Of a stretch of 64,000 nucleotides of DNA, positions 10,281 to 18,781 are shown piece by piece. Every line of letters begins with the position of its first letter. The stretch's first letter is position 1. This DNA comes from an uncultured Candidatus Saccharibacteria bacterium (GTDB lineage Bacteria > Patescibacteriota > Minisyncoccia > Phycocordibacterales > UBA9973), in contig CAYLKL010000003.1 of NCBI GenBank assembly GCA_964384645.1, forward strand, positions 9,101 to 73,100. The letters run 5' to 3'. A program made the translations under genes and the position numbers. The notes beneath the pieces are model-generated. The model searched no databases. It was not told where the DNA came from and was given only the letters and a program-made list of their open reading frames with translations.

Positions 10281-10673
10281 TTACCAAATCAAAAATAATG
10301 GCTCTCCTCCGACCAATTCTTTTCTGGCGTCAACGCCTGAAAGAATTCCTTTTGGAGTAGATAGTACAATAATACCTCGACCACCTTTAACTAACTTTAT
10401 TTCTCTGTAACCATAATACAAACGTCTTGATGGCTTAGAAACTCTTTTTGCTTCTTTCACCTTTGCTGATCCGTCTTCTGCATATGCAAGATTTATATCC
10501 AAAACCTGGTGCCCTTGTTTGATTCTCTTTTCAAAAGAATCAATAAAGCCAGCTTTTTTTAAACAATCAAGAATCGCACTTTTGATGCTTGAGTGTCTAA
10601 CTGTGATTGATGTCTTTTTTGCGATTCCACCAACCTTTATTTCATTTACCATTGCTCCAATAGGGTCTGTCAT
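10281..10673 (-). CDS. rpsH: 30S ribosomal protein S8
   Basis: MTDPIGAMVNEIK N-terminus and C-terminal GGEPLFLIW. Confidence 0.9.
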   Translation of the reverse strand: MTDPIGAMVNEIKVGGIAKKTSITVRHSSIKSAILDCLKKAGFIDSFEKRIKQGHQVLDINLAYAEDGSAKVKEAKRVSKPSRRLYYGYREIKLVKGGRGIIVLSTPKGILSGVDARKELVGGEPLFLIW

Positions 10674-10683
10674 AAATTTATTT

Positions 10684-10869
10684 TTACCAAGATGACTTTC
10701 TAACTCCAGGAATCATTCCTTCGTTTGAAAGTTCTCTAAAGCAAATTCTGCAAAGACCGAAGTCTCTCATAAATCCCTTTCCTCTTCCACAACGAAAACA
10801 GCGATTCTTCGCTCTTGTAGAAAACTTGGGTGTACGCGCAGCGCGTACTTTTACTGATGTTTTTGCCAT
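10684..10869 (-). CDS. rpsZ: 30S ribosomal protein S14 type Z (Zn-ribbon, 61 aa)
   Basis: [23 protein letters not shown] CxxC...CxxC motif. 61 aa. Confidence 0.95.
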   Translation of the reverse strand: MAKTSVKVRAARTPKFSTRAKNRCFRCGRGKGFMRDFGLCRICFRELSNEGMIPGVRKSSW

Positions 10870-10967
10870 ATTTATAATTACTTCGCAATATCACACGATT
10901 TTTCTTGGATATCTTCGTCCGAAAACTCGGATACCCAAGGAGAACCGTGGATTGCTGAAGTCCTAAG

Positions 10968-10996
10968 ATACTACCAAAAGGGCTTTTGGATGTCAA
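10968..10996 (-). promoter_or_regulatory. Near-consensus sigma70 promoter driving rpsZ and downstream spc genes
   Basis: Minus strand reads TTGACA (10991-10996), a 17-nt spacer, then TAGTAT (10968-10973). It lies ~95 nt upstream of the rpsZ start and immediately after a terminator. Confidence 0.55.
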
Positions 10997-11002
10997 ATAA
11001 TT

Positions 11003-11033
11003 CAAAATAAAAAAGCTGGTTTTATCCAGCTTT
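11003..11033 (-). terminator. Intrinsic terminator after the inserted hypothetical gene
   Basis: Stem agctgg / ccagct followed by a T-run on the minus strand, directly downstream of the stop at 11037. Confidence 0.7.
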
Positions 11034-11036
11034 AGA

Positions 11037-11660
11037 TTAGGCACTACTTGCCAAATTTTTTAAATGAAACTCAGCCTGTTTTTTAATAGACTCTAAATGT
11101 CTTTTTTGATACAACTCAGCACCTTCATTTATTATCGCCTCAATGCCTTTTATATCGGGTTGTCTGAGATTCTTATTCTCAATCCGATTAAACAATACAG
11201 ATATCGCTTCCCTCTTACTATTCATTTCTTCTTCGTTGTAAAGTTTGGTGTGGTTGAAATCTGATTTTTCCGACCATTTTTTTATCTTTTTGTATATAAA
11301 CTTTACCCAAAGATAATCAAAAGGGTGAAATAGTACGTAAAGCAAAGTTAATGTGGAGAAGAAAAAAATAACACCTAGCAATTCCTTACTTAATTTATAT
11401 CCTACGGGTAAGACTTGCGTGTTATTAACCTCCAAATTCAACTCAAAGAATACATATAACAAAGACATAACAATCATAGCCGAAACAAGACCTAGCACAA
11501 TAATGCTGACTCTGTACCAAAATAAGTATAACCATAGATGATCTCTGAGCTCATAAAACCTCAATCTATTTTCTTTGGTCACCAAAAAAGATTCGAACCC
11601 GCTAATCTCTTTAAGGTTTTTAAAGACATCTTCAATGTTTATTATTTTATTTTTCTTCAT
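11037..11660 (-). CDS. Hypothetical membrane protein (2 TM) inserted inside the spc operon
   Basis: 207 aa with hydrophobic helices WLYLFWYRVSIIVLGLVSAMIVM and GVIFFFSTLTLLYVLF. No recognisable family. Confidence 0.5.
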   Translation of the reverse strand: MKKNKIINIEDVFKNLKEISGFESFLVTKENRLRFYELRDHLWLYLFWYRVSIIVLGLVSAMIVMSLLYVFFELNLEVNNTQVLPVGYKLSKELLGVIFFFSTLTLLYVLFHPFDYLWVKFIYKKIKKWSEKSDFNHTKLYNEEEMNSKREAISVLFNRIENKNLRQPDIKGIEAIINEGAELYQKRHLESIKKQAEFHLKNLASSA

Positions 11661-11726
11661 AATATTTAGTTTTTAGAGTTTCGTAAACTTTACTCTTTGG
11701 ATAAAAATTGTCAATAAAATAAAGCC

Positions 11727-12080
11727 TCAATTGAGGCTTTTAGTTGAAAATAATTTTTTTAATTGTGATTTTGTAACATAACTAGCAAGTCGTTCAGTGT
11801 CATTATTTTGAATAAATTCTATACTTTTTACTTCTTTATTCTCCACAACAACCTCAACGAAACAACCGTACAATTCATATAGAGCGAAGGTCTCTTTTTT
11901 TATTTTTTTAAGTTTAACAAAAGTACCACTTTCCAACAGAACACCAGCTCTTTCCTCAAGAGATATATCTACTTTAAATTCCAAACCTTTCATAGTTCTA
12001 AGTTTTATTTTAGAAACAATACTACAATAAATTAAAAAAGTAGCAAGTCTTTTACACTTCTCATAAAATAAAAAAACCAC
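11727..12080 (-). CDS. Hypothetical small protein inserted inside the spc operon
   Basis: ORF-track start is a GTG buried in the rplE terminator hairpin. The true start is more likely the internal ATG at 11993 (MKGLEFKV..., 88 aa). Confidence 0.35.
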   Translation of the reverse strand: MVFLFYEKCKRLATFLIYCSIVSKIKLRTMKGLEFKVDISLEERAGVLLESGTFVKLKKIKKETFALYELYGCFVEVVVENKEVKSIEFIQNNDTERLASYVTKSQLKKLFSTKSLN

Positions 12081-12097
12081 CGAATGGTGGAGTTTTT
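12072..12097 (-). terminator. Intrinsic terminator immediately after rplE
   Basis: Minus-strand stem ccacc-attc-ggtgg followed by TTTTTTT, 7 nt after the rplE stop. Confidence 0.7.
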
Positions 12098-12675
12098 TAT
12101 TGAATATTTGTTTTGAATGGAAGGCCGATATGTGTCAAAAAATCTTTTGCTTCTTCTTTTGATTTAGCAGATGTCTCGATTGTTATAGCCATTCCAAAAA
12201 TATCTTTAATATCTTCGTCTGATGTTTCTGGGAAAATAGTGTGTTCTTTGATTCCAAAAGTGATGTTTCCGATATTATCAACTGAGTTTGGGTTTATTCC
12301 TCTAAAGTCTTTTGTACGTGGAAGTGCAATATTTATAAGTTTTTCCAAAAAGTCTTGCATTCTATTTCCTCTTAAAATTACCAAAAGTCCGATTGGGTCT
12401 CCTTGTCTTACCTTGAAAGATGCAACTGATTTTTTAGCTCCACGAACAGCTGGTTTTTGACCAGTTATTTTTGCAAGTCTGTCAGAAACAAAATCATTTC
12501 TTTTGTTGTCTTTCTTCATCATTGTTCCAGTTGCAACAGAAACAGCAACTTTTAAAATCTTTGGAGAAGACATTACGTTCTTATATCCAAATTTGTCTTT
12601 TGCTTCTTTAAAAAAGCTATCTTGTTTTTCTTTGATTGATTTCATATTAAATTTCTTTGCCAGACTTTTTGGCAA
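12097..12675 (-). CDS. rplE: 50S ribosomal protein L5
   Basis: KNVMSSPKILKVAVSV... and FRGINPNSVDNIGNITFGIKEHTIFPE pattern. Confidence 0.95.
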   Translation of the reverse strand: MPKSLAKKFNMKSIKEKQDSFFKEAKDKFGYKNVMSSPKILKVAVSVATGTMMKKDNKRNDFVSDRLAKITGQKPAVRGAKKSVASFKVRQGDPIGLLVILRGNRMQDFLEKLINIALPRTKDFRGINPNSVDNIGNITFGIKEHTIFPETSDEDIKDIFGMAITIETSAKSKEEAKDFLTHIGLPFKTNIQ

Positions 12676-12946
12676 TTCTTACATTTTTACCATCTACGAC
12701 CTTGGCTCCAATTCTTGTTCTTTTCTTTCCATCAAGAAGCATGACGTTTGACATATGGATCGGCATAGGAAATTCTGCAATCTGCCCTTTTTCACCTCGA
12801 GTCTTTGCTCTTGTGTGTTTTTTCTTTACGTTTACGCCTTCAACAACAACTCTGTTTACTGAAACAAAAACCTCTAGGATTTTTCCAGTCTTTCCTTTGT
12901 CATTTCCTGCGATAACTATGCAATTGTCTCCTTTCTTGATTTTCAT
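12647..12946 (-). CDS. rplX: 50S ribosomal protein L24
   Basis: MKIKKGDNCIVIAGNDKGKTGKILEV KOW motif. Confidence 0.95.
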   Translation of the reverse strand: MKIKKGDNCIVIAGNDKGKTGKILEVFVSVNRVVVEGVNVKKKHTRAKTRGEKGQIAEFPMPIHMSNVMLLDGKKRTRIGAKVVDGKNVRIAKKSGKEI

Positions 12947-12950
12947 AAAA

Positions 12951-13322
12951 TTAAATAACTTCAGGTGCTAATGAAATAATCTTTTGGTACCCTTTGTCTG
13001 CAAGCTCTCTTGGTATTGGCCCGAAAACACGTCCCGCCTTTGGTTCCTTTTTTCCCTTTTCTAAAATAACAACAGCGTTGTCGTCGAATCGGATGTAAGA
13101 ACCATCTCTTCTTCTTAGAGCTTCTCTTTGTCTTACGATAACAGCTTCAAGAACATCTTTCTTCTTTATGTTCTTTCTTGGTGTTGCAACCTTAACAGAG
13201 ATAATAACTCTGTCTCCAATTTCAGCATAACGTCTCTTTGAACCACCAAGTACTTTGAAAACTTGGCCGACTGTTCCACCACCGTTGTCTGTTATTTTTA
13301 CTACTGTTCCTGCTTGTATCAT
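12951..13322 (-). CDS. rplN: 50S ribosomal protein L14
   Basis: MIQAGTVVKITDNGG...AEIGDRVIISVK pattern. Confidence 0.95.
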   Translation of the reverse strand: MIQAGTVVKITDNGGGTVGQVFKVLGGSKRRYAEIGDRVIISVKVATPRKNIKKKDVLEAVIVRQREALRRRDGSYIRFDDNAVVILEKGKKEPKAGRVFGPIPRELADKGYQKIISLAPEVI

Positions 13323-13328
13323 AAAATT

Positions 13329-13571
13329 TTAACCATTAACAACAATAAAATGCTTGTCTTTTGAAATCGGCCTTGATTCTTCAATAAAAACCTTGTCACC
13401 AACCAAAGCAGTATTGCCTGGATTGTGTGCCTTTAGTTTTTTTGTAATCTTCATAAACTTCTGATATTTAGGGTGTTTAACAAATCGAACAACAGAAACA
13501 ACCACCGTGTCTTTCATTTTGTTAGACACGACTGTTCCTTGCAATGTTCTTTTGTTATTTTTCTTTTCCAT
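13329..13571 (-). CDS. rpsQ: 30S ribosomal protein S17
   Basis: RTLQGTVVSNKMKDTVVVSV...HNPGNTALVGDKV pattern. Confidence 0.95.
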   Translation of the reverse strand: MEKKNNKRTLQGTVVSNKMKDTVVVSVVRFVKHPKYQKFMKITKKLKAHNPGNTALVGDKVFIEESRPISKDKHFIVVNG

Positions 13572-13576
13572 AAATA

Positions 13577-13765
13577 TTATTTATCTAAACTTGCTAGTTG
13601 TGTTTTTGATCTAGCGATTGTTTTCTTTAAGTTTCTCTTTTCTACAAAACTCTTTTCTCCTGCCCCACTTGTACTAAAAGCTATTTCTCTAAGTCTTAAT
13701 TCTGATTCCTTGATAAGCTTTTGTAATTCTAGGGCAGATTTTGTTTTTAAATCTATCTTTTTCAT
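13577..13765 (-). CDS. rpmC: 50S ribosomal protein L29
   Basis: 62 aa; LKTKSALELQKLIKESELRL pattern; correct operon position. Confidence 0.9.
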   Translation of the reverse strand: MKKIDLKTKSALELQKLIKESELRLREIAFSTSGAGEKSFVEKRNLKKTIARSKTQLASLDK

Positions 13766-13766
13766 A

Positions 13767-14192
13767 TTAAATCACTCGTGAAATTACTCTTGTTTTGATT
13801 GGCAATTTTGTTCCAGCCTTTCTTAAAGCTTCTCGTGCGATTTTCTCATCAACACCATCAACTTCAAAAATAATTCTTCCTGGTTTTACCTCAAAACAAT
13901 ACTTTTGTAAATCTCCCTTACCTTTTCCCATACCCACCTCTGGTGGTTTTGCTGTTACAGGTCTATCTGGGAAAACTCTTATCCAAACTCTTCCTGTCTT
14001 TGTAAGTTGTCTAGCCATTGCCTTTCGAGCTGCTTCGATTTGGTTTGAAGTCATTCGAGCGTGAGTTTCAGCCTTAAGTCCGAATTCTCCGAATGACAAA
14101 GTTACCCCTCTTGTATCAGGACGAGTAAAAGTAGCAGAATTTCTTCTTGCAGTTTGCCACTTTCTAAATTTTACTTTTTTAGGGAATAACAT
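13767..14192 (-). CDS. rplP: 50S ribosomal protein L16
   Basis: MLFPKKVKFRKWQ... and VWIRVFPDRPVTAKPPEVGMGKGKG pattern. Confidence 0.95.
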   Translation of the reverse strand: MLFPKKVKFRKWQTARRNSATFTRPDTRGVTLSFGEFGLKAETHARMTSNQIEAARKAMARQLTKTGRVWIRVFPDRPVTAKPPEVGMGKGKGDLQKYCFEVKPGRIIFEVDGVDEKIAREALRKAGTKLPIKTRVISRVI

Positions 14193-14210
14193 AAGCCTTT
14201 TTTATATAAA

Positions 14211-14873
14211 TTATTTATCACTATCGAACTTTTCTCCTCTGTAAATCCAAACTCTAATTCCAACATCTCCGTACGGCAGATGTGCTCTTTCTCTTGCGAA
14301 ATCAACATCTGCTCTAAATGTCTGAAGTGGGATAGAGCCTTTTTTCAATTCTTCACTTCGAGCGATTTCTGCCCCACCAAGACGTCCACCTAAAACAATT
14401 CTAACTCCTTGAACTTCTCGAACAGTCGAAACTTTTTCGATTGTTTGCTTCATTACTCTTCTAAAAGGCATTCTCTTCTCTAGAGCTTCAGCTACTGAAT
14501 ATGCAACAATTGCGGCGTCTGCGTCTGGATTTGCAACTGGAACAACTTCAATTTTGAAATCTTCAGGCATAGAAATCTTGTTCTTTTTCATGAAGTTTCT
14601 TGTATCGTCCATCAACTTCTTTGAACCTTCTCCTGATCGTCCGATAACAATACCTGGTCGTGATGTTCGAACAAGGATTCGTGCTAGTTTTCGACTTCTT
14701 TCGATTTCGATAGAAGAAATATAAGCATTTCTAAGTTTCTTTGTTAGGTATTCGCGAATCAAAACATCTCCTCGTAGATTTTCTTTGAATTTTGAACCTA
14801 CAGAAAACCAGCGTGATCTCCAATCACGGATTATAGGTAGACGGTGTGCAAATGGGTTAACAATTTTTGACAT
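14211..14873 (-). CDS. rpsC: 30S ribosomal protein S3
   Basis: KIVNPFAHRLPIIRDWRSRWF N-terminus with KH domain and C-terminal domain. Confidence 0.95.
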   Translation of the reverse strand: MSKIVNPFAHRLPIIRDWRSRWFSVGSKFKENLRGDVLIREYLTKKLRNAYISSIEIERSRKLARILVRTSRPGIVIGRSGEGSKKLMDDTRNFMKKNKISMPEDFKIEVVPVANPDADAAIVAYSVAEALEKRMPFRRVMKQTIEKVSTVREVQGVRIVLGGRLGGAEIARSEELKKGSIPLQTFRADVDFARERAHLPYGDVGIRVWIYRGEKFDSDK

Positions 14874-14878
14874 ATAAA

Positions 14879-15331
14879 TTAATTATTTTCTTCTTTAGTT
14901 TCCTCTTCTTTATCAATCTTTGATAATTTTTTAGCTACAGTTTTCGCTTCAGCTGTACTCTTTTGCATATCTTTCTTGATTTTGCTGATTTTTTCTTTCT
15001 TTTCTGGTTTTGCACCTAGTGTAAGCATTATGTGACTTGATCGCTTCTTTATTGCAGCTGGTCGGCCAAAAGCTCTTGGCATAAATCTGTGCATTGTAAG
15101 ACCTTGATCTACTCTGATACTTTTGATGATCATATCGTCTTCACTTGCCCCACCCTTTACAGTAGCGTTTGCGTAAGCACTTTTGATAAGTTTCAAAATC
15201 GGATCGCTTGATCTCTTTGGCAAATATGTAAGCAAAAGCTCTGCGTCAGTTATAGTTTTACCTTGAACAAGACTAGCTACTAGTCTTACTTTTCTTGGTG
15301 ATATTCTTAGATTTGAAAGCTTTGCGTTCAT
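14879..15331 (-). CDS. rplV: 50S ribosomal protein L22 with a Lys/Glu-rich C-terminal extension
   Basis: AKLSNLRISPRKVRLVASLVQGK core plus a ~40-aa KEKISKIKKD... tail. Confidence 0.9.
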   Translation of the reverse strand: MNAKLSNLRISPRKVRLVASLVQGKTITDAELLLTYLPKRSSDPILKLIKSAYANATVKGGASEDDMIIKSIRVDQGLTMHRFMPRAFGRPAAIKKRSSHIMLTLGAKPEKKEKISKIKKDMQKSTAEAKTVAKKLSKIDKEEETKEENN

Positions 15332-15337
15332 ATATTT

Positions 15338-15688
15338 TTATTTCTTTTTCTTATCATCTGAAGATGAAGCTTTTGCGGCCTTAGCTGCTGCAATTTCAGA
15401 TTCTTTTGCTTTTGCTTCAAGTTCTTTTTGCATCTTACCTCCGTGTCTTCTAAATGTCTTAGTTGGAGAGAATTCACCCAATCTGTGACCAACCATATCT
15501 TCTGTTGCTAGGACTTCAATGTGGTTTTTTCCATTGTGAACACCAAAAGTGAAACCAACCATTTCTGGACTGATTACACATGCTCGTGACCATGTTTTAA
15601 TAACCCCGATTTCTCGAGGGTTTTTTCCTAGCACTTTCTTTAGGACTCTTTCGTCAACGTAAGGTCCTTTTTTAGTTGATCTTGTCAT
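15338..15688 (-). CDS. rpsS: 30S ribosomal protein S19 with an Ala/Lys-rich C-terminal tail
   Basis: [19 protein letters not shown] and [18 protein letters not shown]. The ORF-track start at 15745 is probably an upstream over-extension. Confidence 0.9.
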   Translation of the reverse strand: MTRSTKKGPYVDERVLKKVLGKNPREIGVIKTWSRACVISPEMVGFTFGVHNGKNHIEVLATEDMVGHRLGEFSPTKTFRRHGGKMQKELEAKAKESEIAAAKAAKASSSDDKKKK

Positions 15689-15827
15689 AAGGGTAAAATA
15701 AATAGCTCTCCAAAGAGCTAGAGACAGATTAGCAGAAAGAGCCATACCTTGTCAAATTATTAATCAGTTAGGGTTGATATTTAGCCACAAATAGTTACTA
15801 TAAGAAAAACACTTTAAAAACTATCAT

Positions 15828-16754
15828 ATGCAATACACTAAAACACCCCAAAAATTACCCGTTTCTCCATTAGGAAATGGAGCTGGAATCATAAAAACAG
15901 AAGATGATTTCAACAAGTTTCTGAAAATTGAAGATATTCCAGAAATATTGATTGGAAGCATTACTTCCCTTCCCCGTGAAGGCAATTCCGGAAACACTTT
16001 TTATTCTGGGCCAGGATATACACTAAATGCACTCGGGTTGCCGAACCCCGGAATTCAGTACTGGCTAGAAAATGATCGACTGAAAAAATGTGCAGAAAGG
16101 GCGCATAAAAAAGAAAAGCAAGTTGGGATAAGTATTGTTGGATTCAAAGAAGGAGAACTTGGAGAAATCGCCCAAATTGCCGAAGATGCTGAGATTGATT
16201 TCATTGAGATTAATGCTGGATGTCCTAATGTCTGGGCCGAAGGTAAACAAAAAGAAATTATAAGTTTCTCTTCTGAGGCATTATCCTTTGCTCTAGGAGA
16301 AATTTATGGGGCGACCGAAAAAATAAAAATTGGCTTCAAACTTTCTCCATATTCAAACCCCGGAGAACTTGAGAGAATTGCTAAATTCTTTAATCTCACC
16401 CACAAAGCCTTTGATAGAATCTCTTTCATTACCACCTGTAACACTTTCCCAAATTCATTCTCAGAAGATGAGGAAGGAAATCCACGAATAAGTGCCAATA
16501 ATGGTTACGGCGGAATGGCTGGAGAAGCAATCATTGCAATTGCTCTGGGGCAAGTAAAACAATTCAAAGCAGTCTTAATACCCGAAATTAAAATAAAGGG
16601 AGTCGGCGGAATAACAAAAGGAAGTGATGTAAGGAATTTTTTTAAAGCAGGAGCCTCGATGGTTCAGATTGTTTCAGCTTATTACCGAAACGAAGACCTT
16701 AGTGTCTTCTCTCGCATAAGGGCAGAGTACGAAATGCTTACAGAAAAAGTGTAA
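15828..16754 (+). CDS. pyrD: Dihydroorotate dehydrogenase, class 1 (Cys active-site base)
   Basis: FIEINAGCPN active-site motif and IKGVGGITKGSDVRNFFKAGASMVQIVSAYY C-terminal FMN-binding pattern. Confidence 0.7.
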   Translation: MQYTKTPQKLPVSPLGNGAGIIKTEDDFNKFLKIEDIPEILIGSITSLPREGNSGNTFYSGPGYTLNALGLPNPGIQYWLENDRLKKCAERAHKKEKQVGISIVGFKEGELGEIAQIAEDAEIDFIEINAGCPNVWAEGKQKEIISFSSEALSFALGEIYGATEKIKIGFKLSPYSNPGELERIAKFFNLTHKAFDRISFITTCNTFPNSFSEDEEGNPRISANNGYGGMAGEAIIAIALGQVKQFKAVLIPEIKIKGVGGITKGSDVRNFFKAGASMVQIVSAYYRNEDLSVFSRIRAEYEMLTEKV

Positions 16755-16767
16755 TACCTTATAGGGC

Positions 16768-16798
16768 AAAACGGCGCAGTAGTGCGCCGTTTTTTTAT
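16768..16798 (+). terminator. Intrinsic terminator after pyrD
   Basis: Stem acggcgca-gtag-tgcgccgt followed by TTTTTTT. Confidence 0.75.
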
Positions 16799-16850
16799 TT
16801 GCAATAAAAAAATAAAAATGTAGGATGAAGCAAACTTTAAAAAATATCAT

Positions 16851-17894
16851 ATGAAAGAAATCCAAATTATAAGACCTAGTGATATGCATTTACACTTCCG
16901 TGAAGGAGAAATGCTAAATCTTGTAGCTCCGCACACCGCACGACATTTCTATTATGGACTCGTTATGCCGAACACGACCAACCCACCTATTCGAACTGGA
17001 GAAAATGCAAAAAATTATGAGGAGCAGATTTTATCTGCAACAAAAGATTACCCTCATTTCATTCCAGTCATGACGATTAAAGCCTATGACACCGATGAAC
17101 ACCTAACAACTCCAGAGGTTGTAGAGGGAGCATATTCAAATGGCGCCAAAGCAATAAAAGTTTATCCTCAAGGCGCGACTACTAATTCTCATGATGCTGT
17201 TAAAGATATTAAAAAACTTTACCCTGCATTTGAAAAAGCAGAAGAGCTCGGAATGAGAGTATGTCTCCACGGAGAAAAACCAGATGATGAAATAATTGCT
17301 CTGGAATGGGAAAGACTTTTCTATAGTGATGTAAAAGAGTTATATAAAACTTTTCCAGAATTACGAATTATCTTTGAACACATTACTTGCGAAAGCACTA
17401 TTGGTTTCATTCAAGATGCACCGGACAATGTAGCAGCTACAATTACTGCCCATCACGCACTGGTTAATTTCAATCATCTCGCAGGTGGAATGTTGCGCCC
17501 CGACTTGTACTGCAAACCTCTACTTAAATCCCCGCAGGATCAAAAAGCGCTCCGGAAAATTATGATAAGTGGAAACCCAAAATTCTTCCTGGGAACAGAC
17601 AGTGCTCCACACGTTGAAGAGAAAAAATATTGTGACCATGGATGTGCAGGAGTTTATACTGCCCCAATTGCAATGTCTCTTTACACCCAGATCTTCTATG
17701 AAGAAGGTGAGCTATCTAGACTCGAGAATTTTTCATCAGTTTTTGGACCAAGGTTTTATGGTCTTGAAATTCCAACTGAAAAAATTACCGTTATAAAAGA
17801 AGAATTCATCCCTAATAAATTTTATCAAGAAGGAAACCTTAAGATAAATAATTACTGGGGTGGTATGAAGCTCGACTGGAAAGTTAAAGAATAA
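16851..17894 (+). CDS. pyrC: Dihydroorotase, type II (E. coli PyrC-like)
   Basis: SDMHLHFREGEM HxH metal site. ...KVYPQGATTNSHD..., RIIFEHIT, ...LGTDSAPH...CGCAGV are collinear with E. coli PyrC as recalled. Confidence 0.85.
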   Translation: MKEIQIIRPSDMHLHFREGEMLNLVAPHTARHFYYGLVMPNTTNPPIRTGENAKNYEEQILSATKDYPHFIPVMTIKAYDTDEHLTTPEVVEGAYSNGAKAIKVYPQGATTNSHDAVKDIKKLYPAFEKAEELGMRVCLHGEKPDDEIIALEWERLFYSDVKELYKTFPELRIIFEHITCESTIGFIQDAPDNVAATITAHHALVNFNHLAGGMLRPDLYCKPLLKSPQDQKALRKIMISGNPKFFLGTDSAPHVEEKKYCDHGCAGVYTAPIAMSLYTQIFYEEGELSRLENFSSVFGPRFYGLEIPTEKITVIKEEFIPNKFYQEGNLKINNYWGGMKLDWKVKE

Positions 17895-17898
17895 ATTG

Positions 17899-17927
17899 AA
17901 AGAGACCTGAAATGGTCTCTTTTTTAT
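17899..17927 (+). terminator. Intrinsic terminator after pyrC
   Basis: Stem agagacc-tgaaat-ggtctct followed by TTTTTT. Confidence 0.75.
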
Positions 17928-17984
17928 TTGCCCCAAAATAGTAGGTGTGATAGAAATATGAAAATTCATTTAAAAACAAAAACT

Positions 17985-18725
17985 ATGTCAAAACTACAAA
18001 GAAATGCAGAAGCCCTCGCTGAATGGGCTCTTAAAATTGGAGCAATAAAAATAAACCCGAAAGATCCATTTAAGTGGGCTTCCGGCTGGAGAAGTCCAAT
18101 TTATAATGACAATCGAATGTCGCTAGGCTATCCCGAGATGTTTCAAAGAGTCGTTGAGTCTTTTTCAGACCTTCTATCTGAAACTTTCCAAGGTGACTGG
18201 AAAAGAGAAATTGATGTAATTATGGGAACATCTACGGCTGGAATCCCGCACGCGACTATTCTTGCTTATCTTCACGGACTTCCGTTTGGATACATAAGAG
18301 ATAAAGCTAAAGACCACGGTCTGAAAAATCGGATAGAAGGAATAGATGTCGACAAAGATTTATCCGGCAAAAGAGTTTTGCTTATTGAAGACCTTATTTC
18401 AACTGGCGGAAGCAGTGTAAGCGCTGTGCAAGCAATAAGAAACGCCAATGGAAAAATCGATCATTGCATTTCAATTTTCAATTATGGTTTTCCAAAAGCC
18501 AAAGAAATGTTTGCCGGAAATGCTTCATTTTCAAAAGATGGAGTAGAACGACTTTCTGAACCATGCCAGATTTATTCACTCTTGGATTACCCCACTCTTC
18601 TTGAGGTTGCTATCAAAGTAGATTACATAAGCGAAGAAGACAGGGCTATGCTTGATGAATGGAGTAAGGATCCGGAAAGCTGGAGTAATAACTGGAAATC
18701 TCAGAACGAGAAAGTTTCAGCGTAA
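17985..18725 (+). CDS. pyrE: Orotate phosphoribosyltransferase
   Basis: VLLIEDLISTGGSSVSAV PRPP-binding motif and GWRSPIYND. The ORF track starts at 17928; the likely start is the ATG at 17985 (MSKLQRN). Confidence 0.8.
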   Translation: MSKLQRNAEALAEWALKIGAIKINPKDPFKWASGWRSPIYNDNRMSLGYPEMFQRVVESFSDLLSETFQGDWKREIDVIMGTSTAGIPHATILAYLHGLPFGYIRDKAKDHGLKNRIEGIDVDKDLSGKRVLLIEDLISTGGSSVSAVQAIRNANGKIDHCISIFNYGFPKAKEMFAGNASFSKDGVERLSEPCQIYSLLDYPTLLEVAIKVDYISEEDRAMLDEWSKDPESWSNNWKSQNEKVSA

Positions 18726-18737
18726 GTTTTGAAATAA

Positions 18738-18772
18738 AAACAGGGAGACACAAATGTGTCTCCCTTTTTAAT
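18738..18772. terminator. Bidirectional intrinsic terminator between pyrE (+) and pyrF (-)
   Basis: Stem gggagacac-aaat-gtgtctccc with an A-run upstream and a T-run downstream. Confidence 0.8.
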
Positions 18773-18781
18773 TTAAATTGA

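Noticed and set aside
10736-11044. 102-aa minus-strand ORF overlapping rpsZ and its promoter region
   Set aside because: It is out of frame with the clearly conserved S14 gene. It spans the mapped promoter and terminator and has no motif.
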